Part shown: piece by piece, positions 9,505 through 18,046 of the stretch
Numbering within the stretch: the first letter of the stretch is position 1
Layout: each line of letters starts with the position of its first letter
Assembly (NCBI GenBank): GCA_000503915.1
Contig: CP006915.1
Coordinates: 150,001 to 182,000, forward strand
DNA length: 32,000 nt
DNA from: Candidatus Saccharimonadota bacterium
Lineage (GTDB): Bacteria; Patescibacteriota; Saccharimonadia; Saccharimonadales; Saccharimonadaceae
Direction of reading: 5' to 3'
Program-made: the position numbers and the translations under genes
The notes under the pieces: generated by a model
The model's input: only the letters and a program-made list of their open reading frames with translations
Told to the model about the DNA's origin: nothing
The model's database searches: none

Positions 9505-11835
9505 CTATGGTGATGAGGTGTTAGGCTGGTTTACAACCAGACAACCTTTATCATCAACAAGTGTGCCCTCTGGAGTATTCGGACACTGATCGGTATCATT
9601 CATCACGCCGTCACCATCATCATCAGCCGTCGCCGGATCAATGCAATTCGGATCATTCTGAGCGATGTCCCCGAGGCCATCATACGGACACATATCTACC
9701 TTACAGTCTGGATCACTGGCATCAAGGTTTTCCTTGCCCGTGACCGTACATTTCTCAGTGTTTTGCTTGTTTGTTTTGGTGGGGTCTTTTTTTTCATTCT
9801 CCACAGGCTTCTTTTTCTCACACTCTTTCGGAACATTACTACTCAAGAAAACATCGGTCAACACACCAATATCAGTACAGACCGTAGCCTTCGTAATACC
9901 GCTTGGCTGAACAAAAGATGGATTTTTGTTACCGATACTGTACCGCATTAGCTGACGCCAGATTGGTCCGGCCATGTCCGAGCCACCACTATACATTGCT
10001 GTATTGTCGTTGTTGCCTACCCATACGCCGACGCTGATTTCTGGCGTATAACCGATCGTCCAAGCATCTTTGCTGTCATCGGTTGTGCCGGTCTTGACCG
10101 CTGCCGTCTTTATCTGGCCGTCGGTGCCGTACACCGTTAAAGAATTACCAAAGATCCGGGCACGCGTTGTGTTGTCGGACAAGATATTGGAAATGAGATA
10201 GGCGCCTTGGACACTAATCGCCTTATGGCTTGTACGATCACTCGCAAAAATAACCTTACTATACTTATCCTGGATCGATTTGATGATGTGATGGTCGTAC
10301 TGTTGACCCTGGTTGGCAAAGGCAGCATAGGCATTGGTCATTTCCATGAGCGGCACTTCAGCCGAGCCAAGCGCCAACGACAGGCCATAATCACCCGAGT
10401 CTTTCAACGTCGTGATGCCGAGATCTTTTGCCGCCTCAACGGCATTGGCGACGCCTTCTTTCTGCATAACTTTGATAGCCGGAATATTGAGCGACCAGTC
10501 AAGTGCCTGGCGCACGGTTACTTTGCCATGAAATGTTCGATCAGCATTTTGCGGCCGGTAACCACCGCCAAAATCAGTCGCTTTGTCGTCCAGCACCGTT
10601 ACGGGAGTAACCGTACCATTTTCGAGCGCATCACTATAGTAAATCGGCTTAAAGCTCGAACCAGGTTGCCGCGGCGTCGTCGCCATATTTACCTTACCAA
10701 ATTTTGTATTGTCATAGTCGGCGCTCCCCACGAGTGCCCGCACCTCGCCTGTCTTTGGGTCAATCGCTACCACGCTCGCGTTACTGCCGCCATAGGCCTG
10801 GATGTGCGCCATACCATCGCTGACTGCCTGGTTGGCTGCTTTTTGCATGCCAAGATCAAGCGTCGTCTTTACCTGATAGCCGGAACGAAGTACCTTCTCC
10901 TGGCCATACTTGTCGTAGAGTTCTTTAAGCACCATTTCGGCAAAATGGGGTGCCACACCCTTGTCTTGTTCGTCCGGTTTTTGATAATGGAGTGTCTCAG
11001 CTAAAGCTTTTTGCTTCTCTGCCTGGGTAATGTAGCCCTCCGCTACCATACGGTTGAGCACCGTCGTCTGGCGCTCACGGGCATACGTCGGGTTACCGAG
11101 GGTCGGCGAGTAGGCGTTTGGCGCCGGTAGGATACCGACGAGCATGGCACTCTCTGCCAAGCTTAGTTGACTCGGTTCTTTGCCGAAATAGAAGTCCGCC
11201 GCTTCATCAATACCAAAAGCCGTTCCGCCGAAGAAGACCGAATTAAGATACATATCGAGGATTTCGTCTTTACTATAGCGTTGCTCAATGGCGATCGAAA
11301 TAGTCAATTCCTGATATTTGCGCAGAATAGTTTGCTGCTCAGTGAGAAGCGTATTTTTTGCCAGCTGCTGCGTAAGCGTCGAACCGCCGCCGGCTATTTT
11401 GCCCGATGACACGTTTTTGAAAAGCGAGCGGAAAATACCCGCAACCGAAAATCCCTCGTGGCGATAGAAATCCTTATCCTCTGACGCGATAAGTGCGTGT
11501 TCAAGATTGTCTGAAATCTTATCGAGTGGTACGAGCGTACGATGTACGGCTCGACCCGAGCTAAAAAACGCCTTACCATTTCTGTCTTCGAGGACGATTC
11601 CGGTATTATTCCGGTTCATCAGCCGCTCAGTGTTGCCGATATCGTTATAATAGGAGATGTAGGTCACCAGCGGTGTAATGATAAGAAATGCTAAGATCGG
11701 TGCACCGATCACCAGCGCTTTCTTTGGCCGACTCAGTTTCTTAAACCATTTCCAACGGCGATCTAGAAACTGTTTCGACGCTGCAAGCGGTCCGACTTTC
11801 TTCGTGTATTTGCCTTGGCGATACATAGTTTGCAA
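9505..11835 (-). CDS. Class A penicillin-binding protein (PBP1A family; glycosyltransferase + transpeptidase) with a Cys/Asp-rich C-terminal tail
   Basis: GT51 motifs (EDKDFYRHEGF, GGSTLTQQL) and transpeptidase motifs SSFK and KTGT. TTG start at 11835; the in-frame ATG 11826 is an alternative. Confidence 0.93.
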   Translation of the reverse strand: MQTMYRQGKYTKKVGPLAASKQFLDRRWKWFKKLSRPKKALVIGAPILAFLIITPLVTYISYYNDIGNTERLMNRNNTGIVLEDRNGKAFFSSGRAVHRTLVPLDKISDNLEHALIASEDKDFYRHEGFSVAGIFRSLFKNVSSGKIAGGGSTLTQQLAKNTLLTEQQTILRKYQELTISIAIEQRYSKDEILDMYLNSVFFGGTAFGIDEAADFYFGKEPSQLSLAESAMLVGILPAPNAYSPTLGNPTYARERQTTVLNRMVAEGYITQAEKQKALAETLHYQKPDEQDKGVAPHFAEMVLKELYDKYGQEKVLRSGYQVKTTLDLGMQKAANQAVSDGMAHIQAYGGSNASVVAIDPKTGEVRALVGSADYDNTKFGKVNMATTPRQPGSSFKPIYYSDALENGTVTPVTVLDDKATDFGGGYRPQNADRTFHGKVTVRQALDWSLNIPAIKVMQKEGVANAVEAAKDLGITTLKDSGDYGLSLALGSAEVPLMEMTNAYAAFANQGQQYDHHIIKSIQDKYSKVIFASDRTSHKAISVQGAYLISNILSDNTTRARIFGNSLTVYGTDGQIKTAAVKTGTTDDSKDAWTIGYTPEISVGVWVGNNDNTAMYSGGSDMAGPIWRQLMRYSIGNKNPSFVQPSGITKATVCTDIGVLTDVFLSSNVPKECEKKKPVENEKKDPTKTNKQNTEKCTVTGKENLDASDPDCKVDMCPYDGLGDIAQNDPNCIDPATADDDGDGVMNDTDQCPNTPEGTLVDDKGCLVVNQPNTSSP

Positions 11836-11867
11836 TGTTTATTATATCATGCGCACTAAAAAGCGCT

Positions 11868-11900
11868 GCCCACCGGGTGGGTGGGCAGCGGGGTAAGGGG
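11868..11900 (-). terminator. Rho-independent terminator after the 11925-12461 gene
   Basis: Minus strand reads CGCTGCCCACC-CACCC-GGTGGGCAGCG, an 11-bp GC-rich stem followed by CTTTTT. Confidence 0.7.
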
Positions 11901-11924
11901 TAGGGTCACATCACTAAGGTGCGA

Positions 11925-12461
11925 CTAACGCCCCCAGTGATGTTCCATATTAGCGGAGCCATGGTAGTAATAATTCTCCATCATATAGCCGCCTAGAAGG
12001 CTCATAGAAATATCCTGCTCCTCTAACCACGTCCGGAGATCGGTCGTTTTTGTCTTGAGTTCCGCCTTTATATCAGCACGCTGCTGATCGGTTGTCGCTT
12101 GGCGATAGTCGTCACGCAAACTGTCAATTTCCTTGACCGCCGCGACAACGTAATCGTATTGATCCTGGGTAATCTTGCCGTCACTAAGCGCTTGTTGTAG
12201 TGTAGCAAAATGCTTTTCATCGATTATCTGGGCGCGAACTTCATCGATTACACCCTTCACTTCATCAGTGTTCAGATCATACTTGGCCGCCAACGCACTG
12301 GCCAGTTTCGTATCAAACTCATCTTTCCAGCTGGCATGAACCGAGGTACTGGCCGAGGTACTTCCGCTCATTGCCGACGAGGTGGCAGCGAGGCTTCCGC
12401 CTCCGACTCCCACTGTCGCAACACCGGCTCCGATAATGAGAGCTGATTTTAGTTTATTCAT
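11925..12461 (-). CDS. Secreted hypothetical protein (signal peptide, helical, His/Tyr-rich C-terminus)
   Basis: ATG 12461 is preceded by GGAGG. The N-terminus MNKLKSALIIGAGVATVGV looks like a signal peptide. No family recognised. The ORF-track start (12527) is not supported by an RBS. Confidence 0.6.
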   Translation of the reverse strand: MNKLKSALIIGAGVATVGVGGGSLAATSSAMSGSTSASTSVHASWKDEFDTKLASALAAKYDLNTDEVKGVIDEVRAQIIDEKHFATLQQALSDGKITQDQYDYVVAAVKEIDSLRDDYRQATTDQQRADIKAELKTKTTDLRTWLEEQDISMSLLGGYMMENYYYHGSANMEHHWGR

Positions 12462-12571
12462 ACTAACCTCCTTCTTTTGGTTGGTTATTTGTGTGATGGT
12501 GCAGCTTGAATTTTTGCACGCACCCAAGTAACAACTATACGGCAGCTGACTGATAGGAAGCTGAGGATGAC

Positions 12572-13048
12572 TTAGCGGGTGCGTGTCATCATTTGGTAGG
12601 TAATCGCTGCCGCCAATGCATCGGCGGCGTCATCGGGCTTTGGCACCTCTCTTAGCCCCAGTTGCAAGCGTACCATTTCCTGTACTTGCTTTTTATCTGC
12701 TTTGCCATAGCCGGTCAACGTCTGCTTAATTTGGAGGGGTGTATATTCGGCCAGTTCGAGCCGCGCCTTCTTCCCCGCCAGCATTGCGACGCCCCGGGCA
12801 TGTGACACGCCGATCGCCGTCGTGACATTGCGAGCAAAATACAGTTTTTCGATCGACATAACTGTCGGTTTCGTTTCCCCTATGATTTCCTGCAAGCCGT
12901 CATAGATCTCTTCGAGGCGAACATCAAGTGGCGTGTGTGCAGGTGTGCGAATAACGCCGGCCGTCACCAGTACGCTCTTGCCTTTTATGACGTCGATAAC
13001 GCCGAAGCCCAAGATGCCTGTGCCTGGATCAATACCGATAATTCTCAT
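12572..13048 (-). CDS. ruvC: Crossover junction endodeoxyribonuclease RuvC
   Basis: Sequence MRIIGIDPGTG...DDAADALA is typical RuvC. The start at ATG 13048 lies directly behind TATACTAAAGAC. The ORF-track start at 13141 is an unsupported extension. Confidence 0.9.
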   Translation of the reverse strand: MRIIGIDPGTGILGFGVIDVIKGKSVLVTAGVIRTPAHTPLDVRLEEIYDGLQEIIGETKPTVMSIEKLYFARNVTTAIGVSHARGVAMLAGKKARLELAEYTPLQIKQTLTGYGKADKKQVQEMVRLQLGLREVPKPDDAADALAAAITYQMMTRTR

Positions 13049-13054
13049 GTCTTT

Positions 13055-13060
13055 AGTATA
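13055..13060 (-). promoter_or_regulatory. -10 box TATACT 6 nt upstream of the ruvC ATG (leaderless-type)
   Basis: Minus strand reads cgTATACTaaagacATG. Confidence 0.5.
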
Positions 13061-13134
13061 CGACATGCGTGCTGTCGGCACCTGAATCTTCGCGAAACAG
13101 ACTAAAAGCGAGACGCGAGGTGCGGTAAAATTAA

Positions 13135-13156
13135 GAACCACACCGAAAGTGGTCTG
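13135..13156 (-). terminator. Possible weak terminator hairpin after the LTD-protein gene
   Basis: Minus strand reads AGACCAC-TTTCGGT-GTGGT(T)CT followed by TAATTTTA. The stem is imperfect. Confidence 0.3.
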
Positions 13157-13181
13157 TTGAATGAAGACTCAGATGCCAGCA

Positions 13182-14687
13182 CTAACGTCGAAAAAGTGAG
13201 CTAGCCATTCTCATCATTGAGGCCAGTTCCTTGCGCCACTCCCAGCCAGCATAGCCGACCGCCAGACTGCCAACGCTAGCAAACGCCCACCAGCCGATCG
13301 TGTTTTCTGCCGCATCGGGAATCTTTTCGAGTGGAAAATCGGCGGCGGCGAGCACGGCTGCTACGGTACGGCAACGGTTAGTCTCTGGATTACGTACTTG
13401 GTTCGATGCGCACGGTTTCAGATCGCTAGTAGCGCTCGTCAGGGACTTGCAGCGATTGGTTTCCGGGTTGCGGAACTGATCTGGCTCACAGGCGGCCAGA
13501 CTTGATGAGGTTGAAGAAAGCGACTTGCAACGGTTGGTCAGTGGATTGCGATATTGGTCACTACGACAAGGTTGAAGCGTCGATATTACTGCTTTCGCGC
13601 TTGGTCGTTCAAGCGGCTGAGTAAAGATACTAGGCTGGTCTGAAGGCGTCGGTGTCGATGTCCACTGCCATTGGCCAGTAGTATCGTTGTATGCCCACGC
13701 CCAGCCGATCTTCGTCACCGAACCAGCGCTCGGATACGCCACGACAGTCGTGTCGTACATCATAATTCCATAGCTATCTTCGAGCCAGAGCCAGCCGCCG
13801 TCTTTTGCAATCGAAAGCGGCGAGCCGTCTGATCGCGTAGCAAAAGTAGCGTAATGTCCAGCCGGAAGCGTCCCGCCTATGACAAGAGTATTACTGGTGG
13901 TACTAGCTTGGCCTTGATAGCCAACTCGTAGGCGCAGCCCATCGAGTATGGCACTACCGCCCGTCGGATTAAACAGCTTGATATAGTCCGCACAGTCCAC
14001 CGCCGTTTCCAGCGGCGAACAATTACGAGCCCGCGGCAGCAGTTCGCTAATCCGTACCGCTGGCTCGACAAGCGGTATATACCAGCGACCGGCGTAAAAT
14101 GACGTTCGTGAGTCTTCATCCATTGCCTCGAAATCTTTACTGAACTCACCACTGCGGTAGGTCTTGGTCGTATTTTTTCGTACCCACGCTCCAGCCTGAC
14201 TTGGCGCGAGCTGCTCCTCTACTTCCCCGTTATGGAAGAGTGCTATGGCGCGAATCGTCCGCCCTTCCTGAACGCAGGGATCGAATAGACGTACATTCCC
14301 CGTACTGTCCGCCAGGCCGGCAGTACTACTTGCCATGACAACATAGTCATCGGGTAGTAACCAACCAGAGAGCGAGATCGTACAAATTAGTCCGTATTCG
14401 TCGCTCACCTCCACCGACCAATCATTCAGATTGATCGGATCAGAGATGTCACTGTGCAGCTCCACAACAGCGAGTAAATCAGTCGGCACATCGACGATAA
14501 GCGTCGGGTCATCAAGTGACGAAATAGGCATAACACTGCGAGAGGTTTGAAAGGCTGTAATGAACAGCGGTGGATAGTACTCAACCGGTGGCGGGCTAAC
14601 ACTTAGCGCGGCCGCAAAGGAAGACGATGACAGGCTGGCTGCCAGTAGCGCTGCAATGATCCCACGCACCCACCGCCCCACTCGCAT
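13182..14687 (-). CDS. Surface protein: signal peptide, two lamin-tail-domain (LTD)-like regions, three Cys-bracketed repeats, C-terminal TM anchor
   Basis: Signal peptide MRVGRWVRGIIAALLAASLSSSSFAAA. LTD-like segment RISELLP...ADYIKLFNPTGGSAILDGLRL. Three copies of C-x3-Q-x-RNP-x-TNRC. TM anchor IGWWAFASVGSLAVGYAGW near the C-terminus. Confidence 0.55.
   Translation of the reverse strand: MRVGRWVRGIIAALLAASLSSSSFAAALSVSPPPVEYYPPLFITAFQTSRSVMPISSLDDPTLIVDVPTDLLAVVELHSDISDPINLNDWSVEVSDEYGLICTISLSGWLLPDDYVVMASSTAGLADSTGNVRLFDPCVQEGRTIRAIALFHNGEVEEQLAPSQAGAWVRKNTTKTYRSGEFSKDFEAMDEDSRTSFYAGRWYIPLVEPAVRISELLPRARNCSPLETAVDCADYIKLFNPTGGSAILDGLRLRVGYQGQASTTSNTLVIGGTLPAGHYATFATRSDGSPLSIAKDGGWLWLEDSYGIMMYDTTVVAYPSAGSVTKIGWAWAYNDTTGQWQWTSTPTPSDQPSIFTQPLERPSAKAVISTLQPCRSDQYRNPLTNRCKSLSSTSSSLAACEPDQFRNPETNRCKSLTSATSDLKPCASNQVRNPETNRCRTVAAVLAAADFPLEKIPDAAENTIGWWAFASVGSLAVGYAGWEWRKELASMMRMASSLFRR
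13371..13568 (-). repeat. Three in-frame 78-nt (26-aa) tandem repeats encoding C-x3-Q-x-RNP-x-TNRC plus a Ser/Thr linker
   Basis: The units are CRSDQYRNPLTNRC / CEPDQFRNPETNRC / CASNQVRNPETNRC, each separated by 12 aa. Confidence 0.85.
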
Positions 14688-14722
14688 AGTGTCTTCATTG
14701 TAGCGCGTGGCACTAGGAAATA

Positions 14723-15436
14723 CTAGACAGTAATATCAGCGTTGGTGTGAACATTGACGACGTCATCTAGGTCGTCGATTGCGTCGAGGACTTTCATCAC
14801 CTTATCGGCCGTCTCTTGGTCGTTGATTTCAACCGGTGCATTCGCAATGTACTGCAGCTCGGCATCTTCTACCTTGAGACCAGCGTCAGTGATCGCCCCG
14901 CGTACTCTCATAAGATCTTTTTGTTCGGTATAAACGATGATTTCGCCGTCTTCCTCTAGCGCATCTTCGGCACCGGCGTCGAGAATCGTCAGCAACGCAT
15001 CTTCTCCGGTTGCTGCCACGCGGATGACACCTTTACGTGTAAATTGGAACATCACACTGCCAGCGTCAGCCAGACGACCGCCATTTTTGGCAAGCGCAGT
15101 TTTGACTTCTGGTAGCGTCCGGTTTTTATTGTCGGTTGCCGCTTCGACAATAATACCAATACCGCCCGGTCCATACCCTTCGTACGTCACTTCCTCCAGC
15201 ACCGCGGCGTTTTTATCCGCCACGCGGTCGATGCTGCGCTGGATGTTCTCTTTTGGCATATTTGCCTGGCGAGCTTTTTCAATCGCCAGCGCCAACGCCG
15301 GGTTCATGCTTGGGTCAATTCCCTGCCTCGCCGCGATTGCGATCTGGTTGCCAATTTTGGTAAAGACAGCACCGCGCTTGGCATCGTTGGCACCTTTGTC
15401 ACGCTTAATTTTAGACCACTTGCTGTGTCCGGACAT
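14723..15436 (-). CDS. yebC: YebC/PmpR family DNA-binding transcriptional regulator
   Basis: 237 aa. MSGHSKWSKIKRDKG... is the canonical YebC N-terminus. Confidence 0.93.
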   Translation of the reverse strand: MSGHSKWSKIKRDKGANDAKRGAVFTKIGNQIAIAARQGIDPSMNPALALAIEKARQANMPKENIQRSIDRVADKNAAVLEEVTYEGYGPGGIGIIVEAATDNKNRTLPEVKTALAKNGGRLADAGSVMFQFTRKGVIRVAATGEDALLTILDAGAEDALEEDGEIIVYTEQKDLMRVRGAITDAGLKVEDAELQYIANAPVEINDQETADKVMKVLDAIDDLDDVVNVHTNADITV

Positions 15437-15519
15437 AATAGAAAACTCCGAATATTATACTAGCTCTCCCTATATTTTATCAGAAAAAACGCTAGTTGCC
15501 GACCCCTACCCCCCCTGGG

Positions 15520-16059
15520 CTAATTGATCCAAAGAAGCCAGTTGTTTTCCGTCAGATACCACCCAAATGAGTAGTAATACACCCCGCCATCAAAACCACT
15601 ACCACAGCTAGCTTGCGCTGTGCCAGAAGTCGTCGTTGAATTACCTGATTCGCTCCGATATATAAATACTGTCCCGGATTTACTTTTGGCCGCTACCGCA
15701 TACGCGGGAGATCCTGATTTGAGACCTTCGCAGTACCATAGATTATCCTGAGTGAGAAGATAGGCAGATTTTGTCGGCGAGAAAGTAACGCCTTGGAAAT
15801 ACCGGCCGCTTCCGTTGCTTCGCATTCCGGCCGGAGGCACACCGTCAATTTCAACTTCACGAAGCTTAATCTTCTTCACTAATGAATTCACATCAGACTG
15901 GATAGCTGCGTCATTGGTACGATTTTGAATGCCATTATACGCCACGATGGTGATGGCTGCCAAAATTGCAATGACAACGATTACAATCAGAAGCTCGACG
16001 ATAGTGAAACCCCGCGACTGGTGGCTATCTCTATAATCTAGAGTGCCCACGCAGCCCAT
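15520..16059 (-). CDS. Type IV pilin-like protein (prepilin N-terminal methylation domain)
   Basis: Sequence ...SRG|FTIVELLIVIVVIAILAAITIVAYNGIQNR. Overlaps the upstream pilin by 22 nt. GTG 16050 is an alternative start. Confidence 0.82.
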   Translation of the reverse strand: MGCVGTLDYRDSHQSRGFTIVELLIVIVVIAILAAITIVAYNGIQNRTNDAAIQSDVNSLVKKIKLREVEIDGVPPAGMRSNGSGRYFQGVTFSPTKSAYLLTQDNLWYCEGLKSGSPAYAVAAKSKSGTVFIYRSESGNSTTTSGTAQASCGSGFDGGVYYYSFGWYLTENNWLLWIN

Positions 16060-16526
16060 ACCCCTGTATTTGACAACCCCGTTTGCACGGTCGAATCAGT
16101 TCCGTAGGTGATTCCAACGACATTACAAATGGGCGTGGCACTCATTGAAATATTTCCGAGATTACCAATGCCTTTTGAAGAAGTGTAATATACTGTACCC
16201 GACTTGGAGCGACCGGCAAATACATACTTATCACTGGCACTGGTCTGGGTGCAGTAATAAAGATTGTAGTAACTTGTATTGTACGCTGATTGACTCGCCC
16301 GCACTCCAAGCGTAGATAGCTCTGAGACAGCTACTGGGTACCTTCCATTATCAACGTTGAACAGCTCGGTTTTCTTCGAATAATTTGCTAGGTCTGTCTG
16401 AACGGCGGTATCATTCGCTCGATTTTGAATGCCATTGTACGCCACGATGGTGATTGCTGCCAAAATCGCGATCACCACGATGACGATCAGCAGTTCGACG
16501 ATAGTGAAACCTTTTTGATACCGCAT
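16038..16526 (-). CDS. Type IV pilin
   Basis: MRYQKG|FTIVELLIVIVVIAILAAITIVAYNGIQNR, 162 aa, immediately downstream of comEC. Confidence 0.88.
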   Translation of the reverse strand: MRYQKGFTIVELLIVIVVIAILAAITIVAYNGIQNRANDTAVQTDLANYSKKTELFNVDNGRYPVAVSELSTLGVRASQSAYNTSYYNLYYCTQTSASDKYVFAGRSKSGTVYYTSSKGIGNLGNISMSATPICNVVGITYGTDSTVQTGLSNTGVWAAWAL

Positions 16527-16565
16527 GTGCTTATAGAATACCCTGTTCGCACACGGATGACAATC

Positions 16566-18020
16566 TTACTCCACAAGGTTAGTATCTCGTAGGCTCAGTC
16601 GCGTACGCCACCACATATACATTCCAAGGCATAGTATTCCCGCATACATCAGTAGCGCCTGCCAGCCAGAGATGCTTATTTCCGTCTTCGCCCATGGCAA
16701 GTCGGCCATATACGTCGCAACACTCGTCATGTAGTGAAGAAGGAGGGTAGCCGGCATGCCGACAATCACCGCGAACGCAGGAATTGTTATTACCCCAACG
16801 CCAGCAATAAATGTCAGTAACATAGCGAGCGGCACCAAAGGCAGCACCAGCAGGTTGGCGATAATCGCCACATTACTGACGTAGCCAAAAGTGATGATCA
16901 AGATAGGTAGTGTGCACAACCAGGCTGCCATTGTTTCGCCTAGAATTTGTCGGACAGTGCCTGGTTTTTCTGGGCCAAAGAAGTATGCCTGTAATAAAGG
17001 AGCGAGTAACATAACGCCACCAAATGCTGCAAAGCTGAGCTGCCAGCCGACGTCGCCCCATGCGTAGCTCGGGTTAAACAGAACAGTCGTAGCGACGGCG
17101 ATGCTCAGCAGGATCACCGGGTGGAATTTACGACCGTAGTACCATGCTAGTAGGCCAAGCCCCGCCACTAACCCAGCACGACTCATACTAGGGCTAAGGC
17201 CAGTAACAGCGACAAAGGCAGCTATGAGACTGCCCGACATCAGTGCAGCCAGATACTTAGACACGCGGGCAAACAACCGACGGGCAAGCCGTACCAAGAT
17301 CGTCAGGTTATAGCCACTAGCAACAACGATATGGGTCAATCCGGCTGCCTGCAGTGCGTTATCCAAATCCGAAGGCAAATTACGCCGCTGCCCCACCAAG
17401 TAGCCAACACCCAGACTAGCTTCTGGCTCTGGAATTGCTCTTCTGACTGCATCGCTGAACCAATTCCGCACGACAAGTGCCACATCGCCCGGTTCTGCTC
17501 GCTCGACTTTCTGTATATCTGTCCGGTACATTGCCCCAGCAAAAGTCCCGAAGCCCTTTTGCAATTTTCCTTCCGCTACTATGCGGTCACTACGCCAGAT
17601 TTCTCCCTCGTCACTCACCGTTACCCACAACGTTCCGGGCAGCAAGTGATCGCCAAAATGTATATCTCTTAACCGCAGCACCGCGTTACCCTGCTTGTCG
17701 ACATCCATATCTTCACTCACGGTCGCCGACAGTTGAATGGTCTTTTCGTATAGTCCGTCGTAAGCGTGCAACGAGACCTGCTCAATCTGCCCGCGCCATA
17801 ATCCGACAAGCAGACCTCCCACTATTGCTACCGGCAGCATAAAGACTTGCTGTTTATAGATGGCAACCAGACCCAGCATGACGCCAGTAAGCAACCACGA
17901 TACCGAGGTAAACCACCATGGCACCACGGGTGCAAGCACTACCCCGCCAAAGACACCGGCGCCCGCCAGACAGATGTGCCACGACGCATGAACCGAGCGG
18001 CGAAGGTAGTACCACTTCAT
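16566..18020 (-). CDS. comEC: ComEC/Rec2 DNA internalization channel, short form (no metallo-beta-lactamase domain)
   Basis: Polytopic membrane protein with an OB-like N-terminal insert and the competence-domain motif AGLTHIVVASGYNLTIL. Start ATG 18020 lies behind TATACT. The ORF-track extension to 18074 runs through a terminator hairpin. Confidence 0.85.
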   Translation of the reverse strand: MKWYYLRRSVHASWHICLAGAGVFGGVVLAPVVPWWFTSVSWLLTGVMLGLVAIYKQQVFMLPVAIVGGLLVGLWRGQIEQVSLHAYDGLYEKTIQLSATVSEDMDVDKQGNAVLRLRDIHFGDHLLPGTLWVTVSDEGEIWRSDRIVAEGKLQKGFGTFAGAMYRTDIQKVERAEPGDVALVVRNWFSDAVRRAIPEPEASLGVGYLVGQRRNLPSDLDNALQAAGLTHIVVASGYNLTILVRLARRLFARVSKYLAALMSGSLIAAFVAVTGLSPSMSRAGLVAGLGLLAWYYGRKFHPVILLSIAVATTVLFNPSYAWGDVGWQLSFAAFGGVMLLAPLLQAYFFGPEKPGTVRQILGETMAAWLCTLPILIITFGYVSNVAIIANLLVLPLVPLAMLLTFIAGVGVITIPAFAVIVGMPATLLLHYMTSVATYMADLPWAKTEISISGWQALLMYAGILCLGMYMWWRTRLSLRDTNLVE

Positions 18021-18026
18021 GAAGTT

Positions 18027-18032
18027 AGTATA
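18027..18032 (-). promoter_or_regulatory. -10 box TATACT 6 nt upstream of the comEC ATG (leaderless-type)
   Basis: Minus strand reads ggctgTATACTaacttcATG. Confidence 0.5.
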
Positions 18033-18046
18033 CAGCCACAATACAA

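Noticed and set aside
10207-11004. 265-aa plus-strand ORF
   Set aside because: It lies antisense within the PBP1A gene. The translation is low-complexity and Arg-rich and has no recognisable family.
12462-12571. 110-nt leader of the secreted-protein gene with a small hairpin (GTGCA-N11-TGCAC), considered as a riboswitch
   Set aside because: There is no resemblance to any riboswitch class I can recognise, and the stem is short.
15495-15520. C-rich (minus-strand G-rich) tract GGGGGGGTAGGGGTCGG followed by T6, considered as a G-quadruplex or terminator after the pilin gene
   Set aside because: Only three usable G-runs are present, and no convincing stem precedes the T-run.
14937-15527. 196-aa plus-strand ORF
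   Set aside because: It is antisense to yebC, and its Ser/Ala/Pro-rich shadow frame has no recognisable family. The same reasoning applies to 8580-8996 (antisense to ruvB), 27406-27870 (antisense to the 368-aa gene), 23055-23503 and 23605-23961 (dnaJ region).
15931-16510. Dispersed repeats of about 90 bp (also at 24560-24650, 25100-25180, 30840-30910, 31330-31420 and 31940-32000), considered as mobile-element ends or a CRISPR-like array
   Set aside because: They are the conserved coding sequence of the pilin N-terminal helix. They always lie in frame at the 5' end of pilin genes, and the spacing is irregular.
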